Below are positions 1-9,950 of a stretch of DNA of 62,430 bases, piece after piece. The translations under genes and the position numbers were made by a program. Numbering within the stretch: the first letter of the stretch is position 1; every line of letters begins with the position of its first letter. Below the pieces are notes generated by a model that saw only the letters and a list, made by a program, of their open reading frames with translations, made no database searches and was not told where the DNA came from. Origin of the DNA: a bacterium (GTDB lineage Bacteria > Patescibacteriota > Minisyncoccia > JAHIHE01 > DAOWLE01); NCBI GenBank assembly GCA_030643545.1, contig DAOWLE010000005.1, forward strand, positions 1 through 62,430, in the 5' to 3' direction.

Positions 1-2
1 AA

Positions 3-374
3 AATATCTTTCTAAATTTTAAGTCATTTGTCCCGGTTATTCTTTGGGCTGGCTTAATATTTTTTTTCTCTCATCAGCCCGGTTTGAATTCCGGACTTCC
101 TAATTTCTGGGATTTTATTTTGCGCAAATTAGCTCATATCTTTGAGTATATTGTTTTAACATTTTTGCTCATTCGTAATTTAGAAGAGTGCAATTTAGAA
201 TTTAAAAAAGCGCTTATTTTGTCTGCTGTTTTAGCAATGTCTTATGCCGTTTTTGATGAATATCACCAAACATTTATCGCAGCGCGGCAAGGAAAAATTT
301 CAGATATTGGAATTGACAGTCTGGGAATAATTATAATTAGCTGGTTAGCTTGGCAACGAAATAGAAATAAATAA
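3..374 (+). CDS. VanZ-family membrane protein, 5' end outside the window
   Basis: Frame is open from position 3 (..ILWAGLIFFFSHQP..); motifs RKLAHIFEY, DEYHQTFI..R and DIGID are typical of VanZ-like proteins. Confidence 0.8.
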   Translation, partial: NIFLNFKSFVPVILWAGLIFFFSHQPGLNSGLPNFWDFILRKLAHIFEYIVLTFLLIRNLEECNLEFKKALILSAVLAMSYAVFDEYHQTFIAARQGKISDIGIDSLGIIIISWLAWQRNRNK

Positions 375-386
375 AAAATCAATAAA

Positions 387-1931
387 TCACAATCTCGGAA
401 AAAGTAAGCTTTCTTTTTTAATCTCAATATCTGTTGGCAGTTTTCCCCATTTTTTTATTTCTTCAAAACTTTTTTCTTTTTGAAGTTTTTCTTTTTCAAT
501 TTTTAAAATTCCTAATTGTTCAAAAATTTTATCGGCGGTTTCTGGCATAAACGGCAAAACCATCCAAGCAATCTGGCGGAGAGATTCCAAAAGATTGTAA
601 ATTACTTCAATTTTTTTCTTTTCATCTTTTATTTCCCACGGTTTTTCTTTTTCAATATATTTATCGCAAAAACTAATAAATTTCCAAACAATATTCAAAA
701 CCTCGTTTAATTTAAGTTTTTCAAAATTTTCTTCATAATCATCCCACGATTCTTTAATAATTTTATTCAGCTTTAAGTTCTCGCCCGCATCGCTACGCGA
801 AGCGTTGCGGACGGGTTGATTTTCAACTTTGTTCGCCAAAGTTACAACTCTTGAAACTAAATTCCCAATCCCATTCGCCAAATCAGCGTTGTATTTTTCA
901 ATTAATTTTTCCCACGAAATATCTCCGTCCCTGCCAAAAGAACAAATTGACAATAAAAGATAGCGGGTTCCGTCAACGCCGAATTTTTTAATCATCTCTT
1001 CCGGATAAATTACATTGCCTAATGACTTGCTCATTTTTTTGCCGTCAATAGTAAAAAAACCATGAATGAAAAGTTTTTTCGGCAAAGGCAAATTCAAAGC
1101 CATAAGGATAACTGGCCAAATAGTTGCGTGGACGCGCAAAATATCTTTTGACATTAAATGAATATCGGTTGGCCATCGTTTTGGAATATTTTTCAAATTT
1201 CCGTCCCAACCAAGCCCGGTCAGATAATTTAAAAAAGCGTCCACCCAAACATAAGCAGTATGATTTTTATCAAAAGGGAGCGGAATGCCCCACTTTATTT
1301 TTTTTCTTGAAATCGCCAGATCGCGCAAATTTTCTTTTTTCAAAAAACTTAAAATCTCATTCTTGCGCTCTGCCGGCTCTATTTTAAATTCATCGCTTTC
1401 AATTTTTTTCAATAAGTCCTTTTGAAATTTGGAAAGTTTAAAAAAATAACATTCTTCAGTTAAAAATTCCGGCTCTTTCTGATGATCAGGGCATTTGCCA
1501 TCAACTAAATCGCTTTCAGTTTTAAATTGCTCACAGCCAACACAGTAAAGCCCTTTGTATTCGCCTTTGTAAATATATTTTTTTTCATAAAGCGCCTGTA
1601 AAACTTTCTGAACTGCGGCAATATGTTTTTTGTCGGTTGTCCGAATAAAATTATTATAGGAAATATTCAAGCAATCCCATGTCATTTGAAACTCAGCGGC
1701 GATTTCATCGCAGAATTCTTTCGGACTTTTATTTTCCTTTTCCGCCGCCTGGACAATTTTCGCGCCGTGTTCGTCAGTTCCTGTCAGAAAAAAAACATCC
1801 TTGCCCTGAATGCGATGAAAGCGCGCCAAAACATCAGCGGCAACCGTTGTATAAGCGCTGCCAATATGCGGTTTTGCGTTAGCGTAATAAACCGGCGTGG
1901 TAATATAGAATTTCTTTTGCTTTGATTTCAT
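387..1931 (-). CDS. metG: Methionine--tRNA ligase, short form without the C-terminal dimerisation domain
   Basis: YITTPVYY, HIGS, GTDEHG, zinc knuckle CVGCE..CPDH, KMSKS. Confidence 0.97.
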   Translation of the reverse strand: MKSKQKKFYITTPVYYANAKPHIGSAYTTVAADVLARFHRIQGKDVFFLTGTDEHGAKIVQAAEKENKSPKEFCDEIAAEFQMTWDCLNISYNNFIRTTDKKHIAAVQKVLQALYEKKYIYKGEYKGLYCVGCEQFKTESDLVDGKCPDHQKEPEFLTEECYFFKLSKFQKDLLKKIESDEFKIEPAERKNEILSFLKKENLRDLAISRKKIKWGIPLPFDKNHTAYVWVDAFLNYLTGLGWDGNLKNIPKRWPTDIHLMSKDILRVHATIWPVILMALNLPLPKKLFIHGFFTIDGKKMSKSLGNVIYPEEMIKKFGVDGTRYLLLSICSFGRDGDISWEKLIEKYNADLANGIGNLVSRVVTLANKVENQPVRNASRSDAGENLKLNKIIKESWDDYEENFEKLKLNEVLNIVWKFISFCDKYIEKEKPWEIKDEKKKIEVIYNLLESLRQIAWMVLPFMPETADKIFEQLGILKIEKEKLQKEKSFEEIKKWGKLPTDIEIKKESLLFPRL

Positions 1932-2524
1932 ATTTTTACATCAACTACCAAAGAATGCGTATGATTTTGGGGAAAAATTTCTTTTATTTTTTCATCGCCG
2001 TATTCCCTTTTAATAATTTCCCTTAACTCAAATTCATATTCTGATCCGACAAAAGAGGAAATACTTTTATGCTCTTCAATCACAAAAAATTTCTCAACTA
2101 AAATATTAATCGTTTTCCAGCTGTATCCCGCCAGCGGCTGGACATAATGAACATCAAATTTGTCTTCAAAACTTCTGATTTCTGAAATGGAAAGAACCGG
2201 AACTTTATCATCTCTTCTGACTCCATCAGAAATTATTTTTGAATTTTTCGCAACTTCCTCTAATGTTTTTTGATGAATATATTTTATTCCATTATTTGGA
2301 AAACCGTCTTTTACTGTCTGATCGGCGGCCTGCTTTAAAATTTCTTCATCCAATTTTAAAATTTTAAAAGGAAAATTTAATTTTTTGGCGACCTCTTCCG
2401 CTTTTTCCCAATTTGAAAGAAGCCCGAAGCTTGTTGTTATCAGCTCAACATCAAAAAAATCCGACAACATTTTTGCCGTTAAACAAGAATCTTTTCCTCC
2501 GCTAAATAAAACAGACGCTTTCAT
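1928..2524 (-). CDS. PP-loop ATPase-like protein of archaeal COG2117 type
   Basis: N-terminal VLFSGGKDS; DGFPNNGI and DGVRRDD segments recalled from archaeal family members; overlaps the metG start. Confidence 0.7.
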   Translation of the reverse strand: MKASVLFSGGKDSCLTAKMLSDFFDVELITTSFGLLSNWEKAEEVAKKLNFPFKILKLDEEILKQAADQTVKDGFPNNGIKYIHQKTLEEVAKNSKIISDGVRRDDKVPVLSISEIRSFEDKFDVHYVQPLAGYSWKTINILVEKFFVIEEHKSISSFVGSEYEFELREIIKREYGDEKIKEIFPQNHTHSLVVDVKI

Positions 2525-2594
2525 ATTTTTATTATACCACTTTGACTTGACAAAATCCAGTTATTGTGCTATTTTAACATATTGTGAAAAAAAT

Positions 2595-3725
2595 ATGAAA
2601 ATCGCAATGATTGGACAAAAAGGAATACCAGCTTCTTATGGCGGCGTGGAACGCCACACAGAAGAATTGGCCGTAAGATTAGCCGAAAAAGGACATCGGG
2701 TTTTTGTTTATGCCCGCAATTATTATGTTCCTAAAGAAATTTCTGAATTTAAAAAGATTAAAATTATCAAAATTTCGACTATTCAGTCAAAAAATTTAGA
2801 CGCTATTTGCCATAGTTTTTTATCTTCTTTGGATGTTTTAAGGCGCGATATTGGCATCATCCATTATCAGGGAATCGGCCCGTCTTCTCTTCTTTTGATT
2901 CCTAAAATTTTAAAGCGAAAAGCGAAAATTGTGGTGACTTTTCACACTCGGGATTATCTTAATCCAAAATGGGGATGGTTTGCCAAATTTTATTTGAAGT
3001 TAAGCGAAAAAATAATGATCCGTTTTGCCGACCAGATTATTGTTGTTTCCGAAAATTTGAAAGATTATTGCCAGACAAAATATCAAAAAAAGGTTTGTTA
3101 TATCCCGAATGGAATTTCCCTGCCTATTGAAAATTCTTCTGAAAAAACAGCTGATAATTTTTCTCTTGAAAAAGATAATTATATTTTAACCGTCAGTCGA
3201 TTGGTTGAGCAAAAAGGAATTCATTTTTTGATTGAGGCGTATAATTCAATTTGCCAGAAAAAAATATTGGAAAAAATTCCGCCATTGGTTATTGTCGGTG
3301 GCGCGGTTTATACTAATAATTATTTTAAAAAATTAAAAAAAACAGCCGGTGATAATCCGAAAATTATTTTTTTGGGTTTTCAACAGGGCAAAGAACTTCA
3401 GGGATTATTTTCCAATTGCCTTTTCTTTGTTAATCCTTCGGTTCTTGAAGGACTATCAATCGCTTTGCTTGAAGCGATGAGTTATGGCAAATGCGTTTTA
3501 GTCAGCGATATTCCGGAAAATTTAGAAGCGGTAAATAATGAAGCAGAAAAATATGGAACGGCTTTTGAAAATAAAAATGCCGCGGATTTGGCAAAAAAAA
3601 TAGAATTTTTATTAAGCAATCCTGAATTGATAAAAGAAAAAGGCAAGCAAGCGCAGGATTATGTTTTGAAAAAATATAACTGGGACGAAATTACTTCAAA
3701 AACAATTGAAGTTTATAAGAATTAA
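2595..3725 (+). CDS. Glycosyltransferase family 4
   Basis: MKIAMIGQKGIPASYGGVE start, EGLSIALLEAMSYG motif; start placed at ATG 2595. Confidence 0.92.
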   Translation: MKIAMIGQKGIPASYGGVERHTEELAVRLAEKGHRVFVYARNYYVPKEISEFKKIKIIKISTIQSKNLDAICHSFLSSLDVLRRDIGIIHYQGIGPSSLLLIPKILKRKAKIVVTFHTRDYLNPKWGWFAKFYLKLSEKIMIRFADQIIVVSENLKDYCQTKYQKKVCYIPNGISLPIENSSEKTADNFSLEKDNYILTVSRLVEQKGIHFLIEAYNSICQKKILEKIPPLVIVGGAVYTNNYFKKLKKTAGDNPKIIFLGFQQGKELQGLFSNCLFFVNPSVLEGLSIALLEAMSYGKCVLVSDIPENLEAVNNEAEKYGTAFENKNAADLAKKIEFLLSNPELIKEKGKQAQDYVLKKYNWDEITSKTIEVYKN

Positions 3726-3874
3726 ATAAAATACTTTAAAGTTTTTTAGACAACCTTGTTTATTTAATTAAGTATATGCTCCGAAGCTATGCATAAGATT
3801 TCAATTTAATTCTATAAAGAAAATAGAATTTTAGAAATTTTAAAATTGGAATTAGAAAAGTGAAGGAGTATAAT

Positions 3875-3912
3875 AAAAATAGTTCTATAGACTAGTCTAT
3901 AGAACTATTTTT
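3875..3912. terminator. Perfect 38-bp palindrome between convergent genes, probable bidirectional terminator
   Basis: AAAAATAGTTCTATAGACT|AGTCTATAGAACTATTTTT followed by further Ts. Confidence 0.55.
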
Positions 3913-3959
3913 TTGTTGGAAAATTGGAAGGAAGAAAAATTTGTTTGTCTATTGGTTAT

Positions 3960-4664
3960 TCATGTTCGACGATTTACTAAATTTTCTTGATGTGTTCTTA
4001 TCATTTGTTCAGAATAATTATTCCAATTAAAATCTTCAAAAACATTTTTAATAAGTTCAAATCCAACTAATAATGGATTTAAAGATATCTCCTCTTTTTC
4101 AAAATCTTTTCTTGCAATAATTTTATCAATATGACAAATATATTCACTATTAAAACGAAATATTCTATTGCTAAATAATGCTTCTAATTCTCTACCTTCA
4201 GTTTTATTTATTTCAATTGTTAGCACGCCACCTTTAATGTCTATATTTTCAATTATATTTTTAATGAATAATACTATTTCTGTAAATCTATATATTACAC
4301 TTAAAAAATCTAAATATTTACCAACTTCTATTTTTACTCCATTTATGTTACCAATAGTATCTTCATATAAAGCAAACTTTGCTAAAAACTGACCACTTTG
4401 ATAAAAACGAAAAACCTCATAAAATTTTTCTTGAGCAGTATAAAATTCTATAGCATTACCAATAGAATAAGGTCTTTTAGTTTCATCTGAGTCTTGTATC
4501 GGTATATGAGGAAAATTCCAACCGCGAAGACTAACTTGTGATGTTCTTAATATTTCATTTAAATTTTTTTTAGGAATTAAATTTCCATTATAAATATTAG
4601 GCTCAAAAATAACTTTTATATTACCTATACTATCAATTGTTTTTTTTACTTCTTTTATATCCAT
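3960..4664 (-). CDS. Hypothetical protein, probable partner of the adjacent Schlafen/AlbA_2 protein
   Basis: 234 aa, very low GC; starts 9 nt after the AlbA_2 stop; contains QVSLRGWNFPHI. Confidence 0.65.
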   Translation of the reverse strand: MDIKEVKKTIDSIGNIKVIFEPNIYNGNLIPKKNLNEILRTSQVSLRGWNFPHIPIQDSDETKRPYSIGNAIEFYTAQEKFYEVFRFYQSGQFLAKFALYEDTIGNINGVKIEVGKYLDFLSVIYRFTEIVLFIKNIIENIDIKGGVLTIEINKTEGRELEALFSNRIFRFNSEYICHIDKIIARKDFEKEEISLNPLLVGFELIKNVFEDFNWNNYSEQMIRTHQENLVNRRT

Positions 4665-4673
4665 AAAAATATA

Positions 4674-5324
4674 TTAAAAATTTTCTCTTTCTTTTTTAAA
4701 AAATGATTTATTTTTTGTTGATTTTTCTGTGTCATGTTTCCATCCTCTATTATGTAAATTTATTATTTGCTTATCAATAGCTCTTTCTAAAAAATCTTGA
4801 ATATCTATTGGGTTTGTTAATTTAACGGACGATGGCTTGTCTTTAAGTGTCCTAATATAAATTGCACCCTCTTCAAGAATTCTATGATTATCTTCTCCAC
4901 TTTTTTTATAATCTCCATTTTTTCTACAAATCAGTGGATTTAAAATAAATTCTGTTACAGCTATCAATACTATGTTTTTTTCCTCCTTTTTTACTTCATA
5001 TTTTCCAATACCAATTTCGTAGTTAACTGGTGAGCTTGAAAAAGATTCAATTTTTGATTTTAAATCTTCTAATTTTGATTTAAAGATAATGAGATGTTTT
5101 TCTTCTATTCCATTAAAACTAAAAGTTTTATTTGTGTCTTCTTTAATACCAATAACAACATAACCGCCACTTCTTGTGTTTGACATAGCTAAAATCGCAC
5201 GTATTAATCTCTCTCTTGCCCATACATTTTCTACAAAATCAAAACTTGCTTTAAATTCAAGGTTTAAATTTTCAGAATTCCCTTCAAGTATTTGTTTAAT
5301 GGAATTTTTGTTTATTTCTTTCAT
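4674..5324 (-). CDS. Schlafen/AlbA_2-domain protein
   Basis: ENLNLEFK, AMSNTRSGGYVVIGIKE and IYIR follow the AlbA_2 pattern. Confidence 0.85.
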   Translation of the reverse strand: MKEINKNSIKQILEGNSENLNLEFKASFDFVENVWARERLIRAILAMSNTRSGGYVVIGIKEDTNKTFSFNGIEEKHLIIFKSKLEDLKSKIESFSSSPVNYEIGIGKYEVKKEEKNIVLIAVTEFILNPLICRKNGDYKKSGEDNHRILEEGAIYIRTLKDKPSSVKLTNPIDIQDFLERAIDKQIINLHNRGWKHDTEKSTKNKSFFKKERENF

Positions 5325-5475
5325 ATTTAATTTATTTTATTATAAATACTCTTTCAACGAGAACGAATTTGTAACCTGTTTCTTTTTATTTTGAAATATC
5401 ATAAATATTATTTGCTTGAGAAACGTTAAAAACTATTTACGAAATAGTTTCTGCAAAAAAAATCATCCTCTTTCA

Positions 5476-6270
5476 TTAAATAATAACCGTCATTTTTTCA
5501 TACAGCATTGGCAAGCAATCCTGTCTCATGCGAAATTTAGTTCCATGATTATGACCTGTGCGAGCATCAAAATCCACGAGTATTTTTCCTTCTTCCAATG
5601 CTTCTAAAAATCCATCAAAGCTAAATTTTTGCAACATCATTACTTTTGTGTAATGATAAAATTCTTTTTTACGCCTAACTTCTACTTCAGCTTGCACATA
5701 AAAAGTATTGAGCAACTTTGTTCCAGCTTTATGTTCCAAATCGTTAAAACCCCAATAAGGTTGTGGACTAAGTTCGCCAAGTCCAATATTCTTTTTTACA
5801 AATTTCAGCCAGTCCTTATGTTTTAAATTAACGCTTTTTGAATCAAATGAAATTAAAATTTTCTTTTCCTTGCGATTAACCACAACTTTAAATCCGCGAT
5901 CACTTCTTGAATTGCCATGGATTGTCTGGCGAAAACTCATTTCTCCTTTTGGGTATTTCTTACCGTCTTCTTGGTGAGCCCAGCCGTATAAAGGAAGTAA
6001 AATTTGTGGAACGAAACGAACTGCACGTGGTGACGGCTCCATATGAAAAAGGGTTGTAAGAGATGTTGAATTTAAACGTTGCGCTTTTAATTCCCATTCG
6101 GCGGCGTTTGGAATTGGCAAATTATTTTCTTCAATACCGAGTAAATCTTCTAATGTATTGCCAATTCCGCCATGATTGCCTTTTCGCGCGTTTGGAATAA
6201 ATCCCATGGCAGAAATTTTTTTAAGTTTAGCTATTAAAGCCGGTTTTGTATAAATAGTTGGTTTTACCAT
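5476..6270 (-). CDS. MvaI/BcnI-family restriction endonuclease
   Basis: GGIGNTLEDLLGIEENN, ELK, TTLFHMEP, HNHGTKFR. Confidence 0.88.
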   Translation of the reverse strand: MVKPTIYTKPALIAKLKKISAMGFIPNARKGNHGGIGNTLEDLLGIEENNLPIPNAAEWELKAQRLNSTSLTTLFHMEPSPRAVRFVPQILLPLYGWAHQEDGKKYPKGEMSFRQTIHGNSRSDRGFKVVVNRKEKKILISFDSKSVNLKHKDWLKFVKKNIGLGELSPQPYWGFNDLEHKAGTKLLNTFYVQAEVEVRRKKEFYHYTKVMMLQKFSFDGFLEALEEGKILVDFDARTGHNHGTKFRMRQDCLPMLYEKMTVII

Positions 6271-6272
6271 AT

Positions 6273-7019
6273 TTAAAATAGTTTAATTTGTGCTTGATGA
6301 ATTTTGATTCTTTTTTCTGCTGATTTACAATATTTCGGTGAGATGTCAATTCCAATATAATTCCTTTTAAAATTTATTGCCGAGATTGCCGTTGTCCCAG
6401 AACCCATAAACGGGTCTAAAATAACTTTGGCATTTGTTGCAGAAATAATCCTGTCAATTAAATTTACTGGAAAAGGAGCAGGATGTCCATTTTTCATTTC
6501 CTGCGGTATTTCCCAAATATCGCCATAAGCGTTTGCTTTTTTAGCAAGTTTGAATTTCGGTTTAGCAATAAGGTAGATAACTTCGTAAGTCGGCAAAAAA
6601 TAACCAGCGTTAAAATTTAGTCCGCCAGCGCGTTTCCAAATAATAATTTGCCGGACCGGAAAACTATTAATAATATCTTGGCGATCTTGCAATAAGCCGC
6701 CTTGAACGCGCCATTTATGATTATAAAAAATCGCTCCCTCATCCGGTATCAGTCGCATCATTTCAGTTAAGCAATCTCTTTGCCATTTCACATACTCATT
6801 ATGTGGCATATTGTCGTTGTAATGCGAATAACCTTTTTGTAAAGCAGCGTTTGCCCATTTACCACCTCGTCCGTCTTTCATTCCGTTACCAGTAGAATTT
6901 TTAAGATTATATGGCGGTGATGTAACGACCAAGTCAACCGAGCCGTCCGGTATTTTTTTCATTGCGTCAATTGCGTCCTCACAAATGATTTTGTTTATAA
7001 ATTTAGCGATATCTTTCAT
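6273..7019 (-). CDS. DNA amino-methyltransferase (N4-C/N6-A), beta motif order
   Basis: VTSPPYN precedes HPAPFP and LDPFMGSGTT. Confidence 0.93.
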   Translation of the reverse strand: MKDIAKFINKIICEDAIDAMKKIPDGSVDLVVTSPPYNLKNSTGNGMKDGRGGKWANAALQKGYSHYNDNMPHNEYVKWQRDCLTEMMRLIPDEGAIFYNHKWRVQGGLLQDRQDIINSFPVRQIIIWKRAGGLNFNAGYFLPTYEVIYLIAKPKFKLAKKANAYGDIWEIPQEMKNGHPAPFPVNLIDRIISATNAKVILDPFMGSGTTAISAINFKRNYIGIDISPKYCKSAEKRIKIHQAQIKLF

Positions 7020-7312
7020 AGATTAATTATAGCGTAAATATATATTTTAACAAATAGCTTTCGCAGTTTTGTTATTTAGAACGAGACAAATTCCGCGATT
7101 ATTTCAAATAATAAATTCCATTAATTTTTAGAAGCATAATGAAGCATAATTTCGATCTTTACAATTTTTGTTCCAATCTTTTCTTGAATTCTTAGAGATC
7201 TTGTTATGTGAAAAAGTCATTTTTGGACTTTCTATTTATTTTCTAATATGTTATAATTATTATAGCATGTGGATAAATAGAGTCAAGAGGATTAAATTTA
7301 ATTTTAACTATT

Positions 7313-9178
7313 ATGCTTACAAAAAAACAAAAACAGGTTTTGGATTTTATAAGGATATACGGAAGCAAAAAAAAATATGCTCCCTCTCTTGATGAGATAA
7401 GAAAGCATTTTAAACTTGCCTCTGTTTCTACCGCTCATTATTATGTTAAAAAACTTCAAGAAGTCGGACGCTTAAAAAAAGAATATAATCAACCCCGATC
7501 AATTTCTCTAACCAAGGAAAAAGAAACAGTTGAAGTTCCTATTGTCGGAGCAATTGCCGCCGGACAACCGATAGAAGCAATAGAAGTTTCCGATGAGACC
7601 ATTGCGGTAACCAAAAATGAAATTGGCAAATCCGGCAATCATTATGCTTTGCGCGTTCAGGGGAACAGCATGATTGATGAAGGAATTTTTGACGGCGATA
7701 TTGTTGTAATTAAACAACAGCCGACAGCTGATAATGGACAAACAATAGTAGCTATTATTAATAACAACGAAGCAACATTAAAAAAAATCTATCGCGAAAA
7801 AGACAGATTTAGATTACAGCCCGCCAACCCGTCTCTTTTTCCAATCTATACAAAAGAATTAGAAGTAAGAGGAATTGTCGTAAAAATTATTAGAAATTTT
7901 GAAAGACAAATTGAAAGGGAAAAAGCGTCAGACCGTAAATTACAGAGAAGAATTGATTATTCGTGGGATTTTAACGGCGCCAAAACAAAACCATACACTC
8001 ACGGCCTGCATACTTATCCGGCGATGTTTATTCCTCAAGTAGCGCGAAGATTGCTTTTAACATATAGTCAAAAAGGAGACACTATTTGTGATATTTTCTG
8101 CGGATCAGGAACCGCTTTAATTGAAAGCAAATTATTAAATCGCAATTCTTATGGAATTGATTTGAATCCGTTGGCAATATTTTTAGCAAAAGTTAAGACA
8201 ACGCCGATAAATCCGCAATTACTTTCAAAAGAATATATTAAACTTTTAACGAGAATTAATAAAATTAAAAATGTTGAAACAGAAAAACCTCAATTTAAAA
8301 ATCTTGATTTTTGGTTCAAAGATAAAGTAATCATAGAATTGGCTAAAATTAAAAAAGCGATCAAAGAAATTAAAAATAAAAATATTCAAAATTTCTTTTT
8401 AGTTGCTTTTAGTGAAACTGTTCGAAAATCATCTAATACAAAAAACGGAGAGTTCAAATTAGTAAGAATTAAAAAAGAAAAATTAGAAAAATATAATCCA
8501 AATGTATTAGAAATTTTTAAGCGGAAGGCGGAAGCAAACATAAAAGGAATGGAGGAATTTTACCAAAATGCTGATAAAAAATCTTGGACTAAAATTATAC
8601 TTGGAGATTCTTCAAAAAATAATGGCATTAAAGAAAACTCAATAGATTATATTATTACTTCGCCTCCTTATGGAGACAGCAGGACAACCGTTGCCTACGG
8701 ACAATTTTCCCGCCTTTCCGCGCAATGGATAGATATTTTTGATAATCCGGATAATGCCTCTGGAGTAGATAATAAATTGCTTGGCGGCAAAGCAACAAAA
8801 GATTTAATTCATTCTCTTTCTTCAAATTATCTTTTAGAATCGCTAAAAAAAATTGCCAGAAAAGACGAAAAGAGAGCAAAAGATGTTTTAAGCTTTTACC
8901 TTGGACTTAATAGCTGTTTAGCGCGCGCATATAAGATGCTTAAACCTAAAAAATATTTCTGTGTTGTTATAGGCAATCGCCTTGTAAAACAAGTAAGGAT
9001 ACCGACTGACTTTATCATTGCTGAATTAGCTCAAAAAATAGGATTTACTTGCGAAGATATATTTGTTAGGAATATTCCAGGCAAAAGAATGCCAATTAAA
9101 AATTCACCAACAAATATCGCTGGTGAATCAGAAGAAACAATGACAAAAGAAAGTATAGTAATACTTAGAAAGAATTAA
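7313..9178 (+). CDS. LexA repressor fused to a DNA N4-cytosine methyltransferase (alpha motif order)
   Basis: First ~195 aa are LexA (winged HTH, IAAGQP cleavage site, GNSM Ser, ATLKK Lys); then HTYPAMFIPQ, DIFCGSGT and TSPPYGD; one uninterrupted frame. Confidence 0.9.
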   Translation: MLTKKQKQVLDFIRIYGSKKKYAPSLDEIRKHFKLASVSTAHYYVKKLQEVGRLKKEYNQPRSISLTKEKETVEVPIVGAIAAGQPIEAIEVSDETIAVTKNEIGKSGNHYALRVQGNSMIDEGIFDGDIVVIKQQPTADNGQTIVAIINNNEATLKKIYREKDRFRLQPANPSLFPIYTKELEVRGIVVKIIRNFERQIEREKASDRKLQRRIDYSWDFNGAKTKPYTHGLHTYPAMFIPQVARRLLLTYSQKGDTICDIFCGSGTALIESKLLNRNSYGIDLNPLAIFLAKVKTTPINPQLLSKEYIKLLTRINKIKNVETEKPQFKNLDFWFKDKVIIELAKIKKAIKEIKNKNIQNFFLVAFSETVRKSSNTKNGEFKLVRIKKEKLEKYNPNVLEIFKRKAEANIKGMEEFYQNADKKSWTKIILGDSSKNNGIKENSIDYIITSPPYGDSRTTVAYGQFSRLSAQWIDIFDNPDNASGVDNKLLGGKATKDLIHSLSSNYLLESLKKIARKDEKRAKDVLSFYLGLNSCLARAYKMLKPKKYFCVVIGNRLVKQVRIPTDFIIAELAQKIGFTCEDIFVRNIPGKRMPIKNSPTNIAGESEETMTKESIVILRKN

Positions 9179-9876
9179 ATCAATTTTATTCTTTTGGAGA
9201 AACAATTATCAAGCTTTTTAATTTTTACTCGAAAACCAGTGCCGTGGTTTCGGACAGAGCCATTGGGATGATAATACATTCTAAAATCAATAACGATATC
9301 ATCGGCTCTGATTCTCTTTTTAAATAATTCAAAGTCAAAATCTTCTAAAAGATAAGCTTCATTAAAATGGAAATGTTCAATCTCTTTAATTATTTTAGTA
9401 TCTGCTAAAACATAAACAAGCGCTGGCAATTTTTTATTAAACTTATTTTTAACTAACTCCACATCCCAGAATATATTAATCCTCTTGCCTTTCCCCTTTA
9501 CTCTAATTTTATTTTTTTCAACTGATAGTTTTAAATTTTGATTATTGTATTTTTTACAAGAAAGGGTACTATGTAATTCTTTGGATCTTTGATTATCCCT
9601 TCTTGAATATCCAAAATTATCAAGCAACAATCTATCACGATCCCCGCCATTTGGAAGCGGTTCAAGCGTAAATAATGTCATCATTGATTTAGCGTTTTTA
9701 CGATATGATTTTAATTCTGCAACTTCTCCTATATCCGGCAAGGGGATATTATTTTCTTTGATTCCTAATAAGTCCTCCAAAGTTTTGCCGATGCCAGTAT
9801 CGCCACGACGATGAGTTTTAACAAAACCCTGCTTTTTTATTTCTTGAAGTTTCTTTTGAAATGTTTTTAGATTCAT
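9175..9876 (-). CDS. MvaI/BcnI-family restriction endonuclease (second, divergent copy)
   Basis: GDTGIGKTLEDLLGIKENN, PD..ELK, TLFTLEP, RNHGTGFR. Confidence 0.9.
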   Translation of the reverse strand: MNLKTFQKKLQEIKKQGFVKTHRRGDTGIGKTLEDLLGIKENNIPLPDIGEVAELKSYRKNAKSMMTLFTLEPLPNGGDRDRLLLDNFGYSRRDNQRSKELHSTLSCKKYNNQNLKLSVEKNKIRVKGKGKRINIFWDVELVKNKFNKKLPALVYVLADTKIIKEIEHFHFNEAYLLEDFDFELFKKRIRADDIVIDFRMYYHPNGSVRNHGTGFRVKIKKLDNCFSKRIKLI

Positions 9877-9950
9877 ATTATTTTACAAAATAATCAAGAG
9901 GTTTCTTATAAATATCAGCCAATTCCTTTAATTCAGCAGATTTAACGGGG

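Noticed and set aside
2385..2594. N-terminal extension of the GT4 ORF
   Set aside because: It overlaps the opposite-strand PP-loop gene and a promoter-like region; the family start MKIAMIG is at 2595
3730..9950. Integrative element at tRNA-Ala with att duplication
   Set aside because: The island abuts the tRNA 3' end, but I found no integrase and no duplicated tRNA 3' fragment at the far boundary
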